Part shown: piece by piece, positions 16,003-25,038 of the stretch | Position numbering within the stretch: the first letter of the stretch is position 1 | Layout: each line of letters starts with the position of its first letter | DNA from: Halobacteriales archaeon QH_7_65_31 | GTDB taxonomy: Archaea > Halobacteriota > Halobacteria > Halobacteriales > Haloarculaceae | Direction: 5' to 3' | DNA: 64,000 nucleotides | Assembly (NCBI GenBank): GCA_003021785.1 | Contig: PXQU01000005.1 | Location: forward strand, 10,850-74,849 | Position numbers and translations under genes: made by a program | The notes under the pieces: model-generated | Databases searched by the model: none | The model's input: only the letters and a program-made list of their open reading frames with translations | Told to the model about the DNA's origin: nothing

Positions 16003-17850
16003 ATGGCTCAAGACAGCGAATACAAGCGCCGTCGGTTCCTTCAGGCGACCGGCGCTGCTGCCCTGACTGCGAGCGTTGCCGGCTGTTCAAACGACGACGG
16101 AGCGTCCACGTCGACCGACAGCGGCGGTGAAGACGAAACCGACACGCCCGAAGCGTTCGGTGGTCTCGACGCGTACCCGTACTCCGCCAACGAGACGGAC
16201 GTGGCCAGCGCGAAGCAGGTCATGGAGGAGGCCGGCTACGGTCCGGACAACAAGTTCGAGCTGGACTGGCTCCAGTACACGAGCGACGCGTGGGAGGAGA
16301 TGGCGAACACCATCCGCGCGCGTCTGGAGTCCGCCCACATCGAGATGAACATCAGCAAGGGCGACTTCGGAACCCTGCTCAACCGGACGGAGAAGGGTGA
16401 CATGGAGGCGTTCACGTTTGGCTGGGTCGCGGACTACCCGGCTCCACAGAACTTCCTCCAGCTCATCGATCCCGAGAACACGGTGTACGACGCCGAGGGA
16501 ACGACCCCGAACGGTGCTCGGCTGTTCTGGTCGTCGGACGCCGAGGTAGATCCGGGCCTCACGCAGTACATGACCGACCAGTTCGACGTCATCGGAGACA
16601 ACCCCGGCAACACCGACGCCGAGACGGAGGCGCGTGCCGATGCCACGCTCAATATGGAGGAGGCGCTGTGGGAATCGGCCGCTCTCCTGCCGGTGTATCA
16701 CAACGTCGCCGAGACGTTCTGGTACGACCGCGTCGACTACAACCCGCCGGGCGGCATGGGTGGCTCCCGCGCGAAGGCGAGCACGTCGGTCAACGAGCTC
16801 GAGGGCGAGGAGACGCTCCACACCATCTCGGGGACGTTCAACTCCCTCGATCCCGTCGCCTCGGGCAACACCGCAAGCGGCGGCAAGATCATGGACATGT
16901 TCGACGCGCCGCTGAACTACGCCAACGGGACGACCGAGGTCGAAAACCTCCTCGTCGAGGAGTACGAGGTCAACGACGATCTCACCGAGTACACGTTCAC
17001 GCTCAAGGAGGGTATCCAGTTCCAGGACGGCTACGGTGAGCTGACGGCCGACGACGTCGTCTACTCCATCCGCCGACTGGTGGAGTCGCCAAACTCCACG
17101 AATACGAACTTCCCGAAGAGCGTGCTCGACATCGAGCGAGAGACGGACGACGAGGGCAACGTCGTTCCCGGCTCGACGGGCGTCGAGGCCACCGGCGAGT
17201 ACGAGTTCACCGTCACGCTCAACAACGCGTTCGGCTACACGCTCTCCGTGCTGGCGTACAGCGCGTTCTCCGTCGTTCCGGAGGGCATCGTCGGCGATAT
17301 CGAAGGGTACGACGGCGACATGGAGTATCAGGAGTTCTCCACGTCCAACCCCGTGGGCGCTGGTCCGTTCCGCTTCGACACGTGGGAGCCCGGGAACGGT
17401 GGCGAGTTCGCCGCGACCGCGTTCGAGGACTACCACGGCGAGGTCCCGTCGTTCGATATCCAGTCGGCGATCATCTCCGACCCGAGCCCCCAGTACAACA
17501 CCTTCCTGAACCAGAACGCCGACGTGGCCGGTATCCCGACCTCGAAGTACGACCCGTCGAAGGTGGAGATCACCGATCGCGACGGCGCACAGGCAACCGG
17601 TACGTACGGGCCACTGAAGAACGGCATGAGCGTCAACATGGCCCAAACGCCGACCATCGACACCTACTACATCGGGTTCAACTTGGAGAAGGTTCCGACC
17701 CCGGTCCGCGAGGCCATGGCGTACGTCATCAACCGCGAGCAGTTCGTGGCCGACGTGTTCAAGGGCCGTGGCGCGCCCGCATACCAGCTCACGCCGCCAC
17801 AGGCGTTCCCGGGCGGCAGTGAGGCGTACCGAGACCACTGGCAGGAGTAA
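16003..17850 (+). CDS. ABC transporter substrate-binding lipoprotein, family 5 (Opp/Dpp type), circularly permuted
   Basis: It has a Tat signal plus lipobox (KRRRFLQATGAAALTASVAGCS). Residues about 56-265 match the normal C-terminal module and residues about 270-615 match the normal N-terminal modules of family-5 SBPs. See the finding. Confidence 0.9.
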   Translation: MAQDSEYKRRRFLQATGAAALTASVAGCSNDDGASTSTDSGGEDETDTPEAFGGLDAYPYSANETDVASAKQVMEEAGYGPDNKFELDWLQYTSDAWEEMANTIRARLESAHIEMNISKGDFGTLLNRTEKGDMEAFTFGWVADYPAPQNFLQLIDPENTVYDAEGTTPNGARLFWSSDAEVDPGLTQYMTDQFDVIGDNPGNTDAETEARADATLNMEEALWESAALLPVYHNVAETFWYDRVDYNPPGGMGGSRAKASTSVNELEGEETLHTISGTFNSLDPVASGNTASGGKIMDMFDAPLNYANGTTEVENLLVEEYEVNDDLTEYTFTLKEGIQFQDGYGELTADDVVYSIRRLVESPNSTNTNFPKSVLDIERETDDEGNVVPGSTGVEATGEYEFTVTLNNAFGYTLSVLAYSAFSVVPEGIVGDIEGYDGDMEYQEFSTSNPVGAGPFRFDTWEPGNGGEFAATAFEDYHGEVPSFDIQSAIISDPSPQYNTFLNQNADVAGIPTSKYDPSKVEITDRDGAQATGTYGPLKNGMSVNMAQTPTIDTYYIGFNLEKVPTPVREAMAYVINREQFVADVFKGRGAPAYQLTPPQAFPGGSEAYRDHWQE

Positions 17851-18047
17851 CCGACTCCTCCCGTTTCGTCTCTCGTCTGTACCGACATACTCAACACGCC
17901 GCGTTTCTGAAGATACCGCAAGCGTTGCCATCAACCGCACCATGAGACACGCTCTATCAGTATGACCAGCGACGAACCGCTCCGGGACCGCCGAGTCGTC
18001 ACCGACGCGCTCACAGTCGTTCTCTCACCAGACGGAGGTGTCGGCGC

Positions 18048-19130
18048 ATGAACCGACTGGTGTATCTCGTCAAACGACTCCTGTTGGGGCTCCCCGTCGT
18101 GCTGTTCGGCGTCACGATGACGTTTCTCATCCTGTATCTCGGACCGCTCGACCCGGTCAACACCATCCTCGGCCGGGACGCCACGCCGGAGGATGTCCGC
18201 CAGCTCCGGATCGCGCTCGGCTACATCTACCCGAACGGCGACCCGGTCCCGCTGTGGGATCAGTATCTCATGACGATGCGTGATCTGTTCACGTTCAACT
18301 TCGGTAACTCGTGGGTCATCCAGCGGAACACGTCGGTGGTGAGTCTCATCGCTGCGCGGATGCCGGCGACGCTGTGGCTCGGCTGGTGGTCGGTCGTCAT
18401 CGCGCTCGTGATCGGGATTCCGGCCGGACTGTTCGCCGGGCTGCGCTCGAACACGATGAGCGACTACCTCACCTCGGGCGGCGGTATCCTCTGGCGTGCG
18501 ATGCCGAACTTCTGGCTCGCCGTGATGATCGCCGGCAGCCTCACCGCCGGCGGCGCGTTCTCGTGGTATCGCGACTTCGGCCCGAGCACGGACGTCATCG
18601 GGACGTCGGATGCGCTCGGAGCGATGCTCGGTCCGTCGCCGTTCGCCGGCATCCCCGTACTCGGGGTGATCCCCGATCCCAACCTCGGCAACATCCTCAC
18701 CGCGTTCAAGTGGATCCTTCCGGCCGCGCTCGTGCTCGGCTCGGCGTCGATGGGGAACGAGATCCGTATCGGTCGGACGGCGGTGATGGAGAGCAAGAAC
18801 TCGAAATACGTCGAGACGGCGAAGGCGAAGGGACTGGCCTCGCGCCGGATCATCCTCAAGCACGTCGGTCGAAACGCGCTCATCCCGCTGTTGCCCGTCA
18901 TCATGGGTGAGTTCTATCTGCTCATCGGCGGCGCGCTGCTCGTCGAGCTGGTGTTCGCCATCAACGGGCTGGGGAGTATGTTCCTCCGGGCGACGATCGG
19001 TGCGGACGTGCCGATGGTGATGGCGCTGGCGTTCATCTTCGTCATCATCACGGTCGCGTTCAACATCGTTCAGGACCTGCTGTACACCGTCGTCGATCCG
19101 CGCATCTCACTGGAGGCAACGGAGAGATAA
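18048..19130 (+). CDS. ABC transporter permease (OppB/DppB-like)
   Basis: 360 aa, multi-TM, with the EAA-like loop (KYVETAKAKGLASRRIILKHVGRNALIP) typical of binding-protein-dependent permeases. Confidence 0.9.
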   Translation: MNRLVYLVKRLLLGLPVVLFGVTMTFLILYLGPLDPVNTILGRDATPEDVRQLRIALGYIYPNGDPVPLWDQYLMTMRDLFTFNFGNSWVIQRNTSVVSLIAARMPATLWLGWWSVVIALVIGIPAGLFAGLRSNTMSDYLTSGGGILWRAMPNFWLAVMIAGSLTAGGAFSWYRDFGPSTDVIGTSDALGAMLGPSPFAGIPVLGVIPDPNLGNILTAFKWILPAALVLGSASMGNEIRIGRTAVMESKNSKYVETAKAKGLASRRIILKHVGRNALIPLLPVIMGEFYLLIGGALLVELVFAINGLGSMFLRATIGADVPMVMALAFIFVIITVAFNIVQDLLYTVVDPRISLEATER

Positions 19131-19131
19131 C

Positions 19132-20682
19132 ATGGCACGTTCAACTGCTGATACGACGAACGAATCGTTCCGGCACGACAGCTCCACGCTGACCGAGCGG
19201 ATCGCCGCGAACCCGGAGCCTGCCCTTCGGTGGGCCGGCGTCGCGGCCGTGCTCCTGCTGCTCGAACTGGGGGCGTTCCTCGGTGGCGTGCTCACGCTGT
19301 TTCACGCGGCCGTGTTGGGCGTGACCGCGCTGCTGGAGGTGTCTCTGGGCGCCGTTTCGTCCGGACTCGGCGAGGCGGCCTTCGGGTTCCAGACGGACGC
19401 TCTCGCGTCGATCTCCGGGGTACGCGACGCGGCACAGTCGATCCCGACGCTGTTGAGCCGCGAGACGATCTCGAATCAGGGGCACATGGTCGGTCCAAAC
19501 GGCCCGTGGACGGGGACGTTCCTCGGGCTGGAGCCGGCGTACGCGTGGGGGATCCGCGTCGTACTCGTGCTCGTGTACGCGTTCGTGACCGCCTACTGGC
19601 TGTTCCGCGGTTGGCTCGTCTTCCGGAACCACTACCGGCAGGCCGACTGGACACCGACCGACGATATCATCAACCGGCTCCGCGACCACCGCTGGGGCCA
19701 GTTCGGGATCGCCGTTCTCGTGGTGTTTCTCACGCTGGCGCTGTTCGGTCCGGCGCTCGGCCCGACGACCGTCCAGCAGAACATCAAATCCCCGTACGCC
19801 GAAGAGTCCCAGATCGAGTACTTCAGCGACGATACGGGCTCAGTCGAGACCGTCTTCGCCGGAAAGGCGAACTTCGACTCGAAGTCGAAGGGACCGAATC
19901 AGAACGTCGGCCCGATGACGTACGACGACTACGGTCGGTTCCATCCGTTCGGAACGCTGCCGAACGGTCGCGATCTGTTCACGTTCATGATGGGCGGCGC
20001 GCGCATCTCGCTGATCGTGACCGGGCTGGCGATCGGGTTGGCCTCGTTCATCGCCGGCGCGCTCGGGCTGATCTCGGCCTTCTACGGCGGGACGACTGAT
20101 CTCGCGGTGTTGACGACCGCCGACGGTATCACCTCCGTCCCGCGGCTGCTGTTGCTCGTCATGCTGAGCGCCGTGTTCGCCAACCACTGGCTGGGGAGCG
20201 TGTTGGACGGCGGGTTCCTGTTGGCGCTCATCTTCGGCTTCACCGGCTGGCCGCTGCTGTGGCGGGCCGTCCGTGGTCCCGCGCTTCAGGTGGCACAGGA
20301 GGAGTGGGTCGACGCCGCAGAGAGCTTCGGTCAGCGCCCGACGCTCATCATGTGGAAACACATGTTCCCGTACGTGATGGGGTATCTGCTGGTGTACGCC
20401 TCGATGTCGGCCGGCGGCATCGTGGTGAGCCTCTCGGCGCTGTCGTTCATCGGTAACGGACTGGGAATCACCGCTCCGACGCCCGCGTGGGGGCGGGCCG
20501 TCTCGCTCGGACAGTCGTACGTCGCCGGTCCCTCGTGGCATATCGCCCTCATCCCGGGGCTGATGATCGTCATCCTCGTCATGGGGCTGAACGCCTTCGG
20601 CGACGGACTGCGTGATGCTATCGATCCCGAGACGAAGGGAAGCGACGACGGCGACGAACTCGCCGCCGGAGGTGGTGCGTGA
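19132..20682 (+). CDS. ABC transporter permease (OppC/DppC-like) with a long N-terminal extension
   Basis: 516 aa. The canonical OppC core starts near RWGQFGIAVLVVFL, and an EAA-like loop (EEWVDAAESFGQRP) is present. About 180 extra N-terminal residues carry additional hydrophobic segments. Confidence 0.9.
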   Translation: MARSTADTTNESFRHDSSTLTERIAANPEPALRWAGVAAVLLLLELGAFLGGVLTLFHAAVLGVTALLEVSLGAVSSGLGEAAFGFQTDALASISGVRDAAQSIPTLLSRETISNQGHMVGPNGPWTGTFLGLEPAYAWGIRVVLVLVYAFVTAYWLFRGWLVFRNHYRQADWTPTDDIINRLRDHRWGQFGIAVLVVFLTLALFGPALGPTTVQQNIKSPYAEESQIEYFSDDTGSVETVFAGKANFDSKSKGPNQNVGPMTYDDYGRFHPFGTLPNGRDLFTFMMGGARISLIVTGLAIGLASFIAGALGLISAFYGGTTDLAVLTTADGITSVPRLLLLVMLSAVFANHWLGSVLDGGFLLALIFGFTGWPLLWRAVRGPALQVAQEEWVDAAESFGQRPTLIMWKHMFPYVMGYLLVYASMSAGGIVVSLSALSFIGNGLGITAPTPAWGRAVSLGQSYVAGPSWHIALIPGLMIVILVMGLNAFGDGLRDAIDPETKGSDDGDELAAGGGA

Positions 20683-21761
20683 TGCAGTCGGTCGAACCAG
20701 ACGAAGAGACGGAGCCGGTGCTCGCGGTCGAGGATCTCCAGACGGTGTTCCACACCGACAGAGAGACGATCCGTGCGGTCGACGGCATCTCGTTCGAGAT
20801 CCGGCCCGGTGAGACGGTCGGTATCGTCGGCGAGTCCGGCTCCGGCAAATCCGTCACCGCCCGCTCCATCATGGGGCTCGTCGAGAGCCCGGGTGAGGTC
20901 CGCTCCGACTCGTCCATCCGGTTCAACGGGCAGGAGCTGACGGAGCTGTCCGACACCGAGTACAACGAGATCCGCGGCAGCGGCATCGGGATGGTGTTTC
21001 AGGACCCACAGCAGTCGCTGAATCCGGTGTACACCATCGGCAACCAGATCCGAGAGGCGCTGCGCGTCAATCAGGGGCTTCGCGGCGAAGCGGCCCGCGA
21101 GGAGGCGATCTCACTGCTCGAATCCGTCGCCATCCCCGACGCGGCCCGCCGGCTTGACGAGTATCCACACGAGTTCTCCGGCGGGATGCGCCAGCGGGCC
21201 GTCATCGCGATGATGCTCGCGTGTGATCCGGAGTTCCTCATCTGCGACGAGCCGACGACCGCGCTCGACGTGACGATTCAAGCACAGATTCTGGAGCTAC
21301 TCGACGAGCTACAGGCGGAGCGGGATCTCTCGATCCTGTTCATCACCCACGACATGGGCGTCATCGCGGAGATCGCAGACCGGGTGAACGTGATGTACGC
21401 CGGTCAGATCATCGAGTCCGCGCCCGTCGATGCGCTGTTCGCGAATCCGAAACACCCGTACACGAGGGGACTGCTGGGAGCGATCCCCGGCCAGCAGGCA
21501 GACGGCGAGCCGCTCCGGACGATCGAGGGCGACGTGCCGACGCCGAACGAGGAGGCGACGTACTGCCGGTTCGCACCTCGGTGTCCCGACGCGTTCGACG
21601 CGTGTAACGCCGTCGCGCCCGCACACGTCGATGTCGGCGGGGACGCGGAACACACTGCCGCGTGTCTGTTGTACCCGGACGGGGAGACGGAGGAGACGCG
21701 CGTCAGCCATCATCAGTCACTCGGTACGCCACGCGACGACACAGGTGAGACCAATGAGTAA
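20679..21761 (+). CDS. ABC transporter ATP-binding protein (OppD/DppD-like)
   Basis: Walker A GESGSGKS, signature FSGGMRQR and Walker [12 protein letters not shown] are present. The C-terminal tail is the canonical compact Cys motif [14 protein letters not shown]...AACLLY. Confidence 0.92.
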   Translation: MMQSVEPDEETEPVLAVEDLQTVFHTDRETIRAVDGISFEIRPGETVGIVGESGSGKSVTARSIMGLVESPGEVRSDSSIRFNGQELTELSDTEYNEIRGSGIGMVFQDPQQSLNPVYTIGNQIREALRVNQGLRGEAAREEAISLLESVAIPDAARRLDEYPHEFSGGMRQRAVIAMMLACDPEFLICDEPTTALDVTIQAQILELLDELQAERDLSILFITHDMGVIAEIADRVNVMYAGQIIESAPVDALFANPKHPYTRGLLGAIPGQQADGEPLRTIEGDVPTPNEEATYCRFAPRCPDAFDACNAVAPAHVDVGGDAEHTAACLLYPDGETEETRVSHHQSLGTPRDDTGETNE

Positions 21762-23088
21762 CGCAATCGAGCGCGAGCAGACGGCAGCCAGCGGGGAGAC
21801 GCTGGTCGACGTACAGGAGCTGAAGACGTACTACGGCGGCGACGGCTTCTTCGCGTCGCCGCCGGTCAAGGCGGTCGACACCGTCGATTTCGAGATCCAG
21901 CGCGGTGAGACGTTCGGGCTGGTCGGTGAGTCCGGCTGCGGGAAGAGCACGCTGGGCCGGACGCTCGTTCAGCTCGAACAGGCGACGGAGGGGAGCGTCA
22001 GCTTCGACGGGACCGACATCACCGAGCTGTCCGGGCCGGAGCTGAAACAGTGGCGTCGCAACGCCCAGATGGTGTTTCAGGACCCCGAGTCGAGTCTCAA
22101 CGACCGGATGACGGTCGGCGAGATCATCCGCGAGCCGCTGGACGCACACGACTGGAAGACGAAGGCAGACCGCCGCGAGCGCGTCACGGAGCTGCTCTCG
22201 GAGGTCGGACTCCGTGAGGAGCATTACTTCCGGTATCCACACCAGTTCTCGGGCGGCCAGCGTCAACGCGTCGGGATCGCTCGCGCGCTCGCACTCGAAC
22301 CGGAGTTCGTCGTCCTCGACGAGCCGGTGTCGGCGCTCGACGTGAGCGTGCAGGCCAAGATAATCACGCTCCTCGAAGATCTCCAAGCGGAGTTCGACCT
22401 GACCTACCTGTTCATCGCGCACGATCTCTCCGTCGTCCGGCATATTTGCGACCGGGTCGCCGTCATGTATCTCGGGAAGATAATGGAGATCGGCGACACC
22501 GAGGAGCTGTACGAGAACCCGCAGAACCCGTACACGCAGGCGCTCCTGTCGGCGATTCCGCGACCGGATCCGTCGGTCACGATCGACCGGATCACCCTCC
22601 CGGGGACGCCGCCGAGTCCACGGGACCCGCCACAGGGCTGTCAGTTCTCGACGCGCTGTCCGGCGAAGATCCGACCGGAGGCGTACGCCGATACCGACGA
22701 CGAGATATGGCACGCGGTCGAGCAGCTCCGCGAGGTCGTCCGCGAGCGGTCGCGGATGTCGCTGTCGACGACCGATCAGCTCCGCAAGCGTCTCGACCGG
22801 TTTTCGCGGTTCGACGACATCGAGGAGACGGTCACGGACCTCTTCGGGGAGCTTTCCGTCCCTCAGTCCGTCGAGGATCACGTCCGGCACGCGGTCGAGC
22901 TGGTGAAAGACGGCGAGCCGAAGGCGGCACAGACGTATCTCCGCGAGGAGTTCGGCGGCGTCTGTGACACGACTCGACCCGGTCACCATCAGGTGAGCGC
23001 GGCCGGTCGCGAGAGCTACTGTCACCGGCATCTCGACGAGTACGAGGACACCACGACGGTGCTCGCGAACTACGTCGACGGTGCATAA
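21754..23088 (+). CDS. ABC transporter ATP-binding protein (OppF/DppF-like) with an insertion in the C-terminal Cys motif
   Basis: ATG at 21754 overlaps the upstream stop (ATGAGTAA). Walker [10 protein letters not shown], signature FSGGQRQR and Walker [12 protein letters not shown] are present. About 100 aa separate CQFSTRC from C...C (see the finding). The upstream part of the track ORF is out of context. Confidence 0.9.
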   Translation: MSNAIEREQTAASGETLVDVQELKTYYGGDGFFASPPVKAVDTVDFEIQRGETFGLVGESGCGKSTLGRTLVQLEQATEGSVSFDGTDITELSGPELKQWRRNAQMVFQDPESSLNDRMTVGEIIREPLDAHDWKTKADRRERVTELLSEVGLREEHYFRYPHQFSGGQRQRVGIARALALEPEFVVLDEPVSALDVSVQAKIITLLEDLQAEFDLTYLFIAHDLSVVRHICDRVAVMYLGKIMEIGDTEELYENPQNPYTQALLSAIPRPDPSVTIDRITLPGTPPSPRDPPQGCQFSTRCPAKIRPEAYADTDDEIWHAVEQLREVVRERSRMSLSTTDQLRKRLDRFSRFDDIEETVTDLFGELSVPQSVEDHVRHAVELVKDGEPKAAQTYLREEFGGVCDTTRPGHHQVSAAGRESYCHRHLDEYEDTTTVLANYVDGA

Positions 23089-23515
23089 CCGCTGGCTGCG
23101 TCTCGCCGAGTTCGCCGTCTGGACCGCCGGCGCGACGGCCGCCGTCGTCGCTACTACCGCCGTACCGTCGTTTCTGTTCGGTAGCGGACTGCTGACGCTG
23201 AAGTACGTCCTGTTCGTCGTCGGCGTGTTGCTGTTCGGACTCGGGAGCTTCGCTATCCAGCCGGAGTCACCGGCACAGCTTCGCCCGGAGCAGTCCCCGA
23301 GCGACCGGGGAGCGACCACCCGTATCCCGCGCCCGCGGCAGTTCTCCACGGAAGGGACCGACGAGTTCGGCGTGGAGGCGCGGCTGGCGGAGCTTCCGCC
23401 GATGCGGGGACGGCTCCCCTTCGACGACCGAGTGGGCCGGGACGCGAAGCTGTTCGTCACGAGTCTCCTCGTCCTCGCGGTCTCGGCGGCGCTGGAGTTC
23501 GTCGTCGGCGTCTGA
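23081..23515 (+). CDS. Hypothetical membrane protein
   Basis: 144 aa with three hydrophobic segments. The GTG start overlaps the ATPase stop by 8 nt, suggesting co-transcription with the ABC operon. Confidence 0.55.
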   Translation: MHNRWLRLAEFAVWTAGATAAVVATTAVPSFLFGSGLLTLKYVLFVVGVLLFGLGSFAIQPESPAQLRPEQSPSDRGATTRIPRPRQFSTEGTDEFGVEARLAELPPMRGRLPFDDRVGRDAKLFVTSLLVLAVSAALEFVVGV

Positions 23516-23558
23516 ACCGACGCGTGGGGTTTATCGGTCAGGACACCCGCCGACCGGT

Positions 23559-24140
23559 ATGGTGAGACAAGACGCGGGCGAGACGCCGGGCGACGTCGAT
23601 CGGCTGGCGAGTAGCTCCGACGCGGCCCGAAACGGGTGGCAGCGCACGATCGAGGACACCCGGGCGATGGCGGCCGACCGCGAGGAGCACGGCTACGAGA
23701 CCGTCGTGCTGGTATCCGACGACACCTCGCCGGTCGCGCCCGCGTCGGATCGCGACCACTGGGGGCTGACGTATCTGGTCTCCGGCAGCGACCGCGAGGC
23801 GTTTCGCGACGCTCGTGCGCGGGCCGAGTTCGACGAGACCGGCGTCTATCAGGCCTCACAGGAGGGGAACACGTTCCTCGTCACGGAGTGTCTCGATCAC
23901 GACGCCGAGCTGGTGGTGTTTCTCGCGGGCGTGTTCCGGATGGAACACGCCGTCGAGCTGGTCCGGGCGGCGCTCGACCGCGGGGAGATGTACAGCCACG
24001 TACGCAAGCTGAACGGCGAGGTGGCCGGCAGTATCCGCCACGAGGACGCCGAGGCGTTCTTCCCCGACCCGGACGCCTACTACTCCTACGAGCCGACGGA
24101 GTTCGTCGATACGGTCGGTGACGGTAACGAGGAGGCGTGA
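23559..24140 (+). CDS. Conserved hypothetical acidic protein
   Basis: 193 aa with good acidic coding character. A TATA-like gtttatc (23529-23535) lies 27 nt upstream of the ATG. Confidence 0.7.
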   Translation: MVRQDAGETPGDVDRLASSSDAARNGWQRTIEDTRAMAADREEHGYETVVLVSDDTSPVAPASDRDHWGLTYLVSGSDREAFRDARARAEFDETGVYQASQEGNTFLVTECLDHDAELVVFLAGVFRMEHAVELVRAALDRGEMYSHVRKLNGEVAGSIRHEDAEAFFPDPDAYYSYEPTEFVDTVGDGNEEA

Positions 24141-24192
24141 CGCCGCCACGGGAAGTGTAAGGTCTTAGTACCGTGCCCACCCGTTTCGGGGT

Positions 24193-25038
24193 ATGAACGT
24201 CGCAGACGCCATGACGCCGCGCGATTCACTGGTGACCTCGGTCGTCCCCGGCTCGCGAACGGACGTGCTCGACCGACTTCAGGACGACGAGTTCTCGTCG
24301 ATCCCAATCGTGAACGACGAGACCGGGGCGTTCCGCGGTCTCGTCTCCCGTGAACAGCTCATCGCCAACCCCGACGAGGATCAGCTCGCGATGCTCGTCG
24401 AGGACGTGCCGACAGTCGGTCCCGACGCCGAGCTGGAGGCGGTCGCCCGTCGCTTCCGAGACGGCGATCAGCGCCGGCTCCCAATCGTCGAGGGTGACGA
24501 ACTGCTCGGACTCGTCACGATCACCGATATCGTCCACGCGATCGCGAACAGCGAGGTCGCCGCCGACGCGACCGCCGACCAGTTGATGCAGACGGGCGTG
24601 AACGCAGTCCATCAGGCGACCCCGCTCACCGTCGCCGAGCGCGAACTCGCCTTCGCCGACGAGCCGTACGGCGTCGTCCTCGACGAGGCTGGGAGTCCGA
24701 CCGGCATGTTGACCGAGGTGGACGTGCTCGACGTGGCTCGCATCGTCGAGGGCGAGGAGTCTACGGGCGACTCAATCGCCGACGACGACGACGATTGGAA
24801 GTGGGAGGCGATCAAGGCCATCGGCTCGCGGTATCTCCCCACCCGAAACGTCCAGATCCCGGCCGAACCGGTCGAGATGTTCATGACCGACTCGCTCATC
24901 ACCGTCGGACAGTCGAAGTCCGCGACCGATACCGCACAGCTGCTCATCACCGAGGATATCGAGCAGGTCCCCGTCGTCTCCGGCGATACGCTCGTCGGGA
25001 TCCTCCGTGACACCGATCTGCTGGAGGCGCTCGCGTGA
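24193..25038 (+). CDS. CBS-domain protein (two CBS pairs)
   Basis: 281 aa. Repeated CBS patterns are present (AMTPRDSLVT...IPIV...GLVSREQL, LPIVEGDELLGLVTITDIV, VPVVSGDTLVGILRDTDLL). Confidence 0.85.
   Translation: MNVADAMTPRDSLVTSVVPGSRTDVLDRLQDDEFSSIPIVNDETGAFRGLVSREQLIANPDEDQLAMLVEDVPTVGPDAELEAVARRFRDGDQRRLPIVEGDELLGLVTITDIVHAIANSEVAADATADQLMQTGVNAVHQATPLTVAERELAFADEPYGVVLDEAGSPTGMLTEVDVLDVARIVEGEESTGDSIADDDDDWKWEAIKAIGSRYLPTRNVQIPAEPVEMFMTDSLITVGQSKSATDTAQLLITEDIEQVPVVSGDTLVGILRDTDLLEALA

Noticed and set aside
15729-16011. Track ORFs of 68 aa (+) and 61 aa (-) in the long spacer upstream of the first ABC operon
   Set aside because: Both are basic and hydrophobic-poor, unlike the acidic local proteome. 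They lack ATG/TATA support, so the region is treated as regulatory.
16087-17943. 618-aa minus-strand ORF
   Set aside because: It is antisense to the substrate-binding protein gene and has a basic Arg/Val-rich composition. The plus frame has a Tat signal and family-5 motifs.
21703-23859. 718-aa minus-strand ORF
   Set aside because: It spans the antisense of an ABC ATPase, a membrane protein gene and a hypothetical gene. It is extremely Arg/Pro/Ser-rich, so it cannot be coding.
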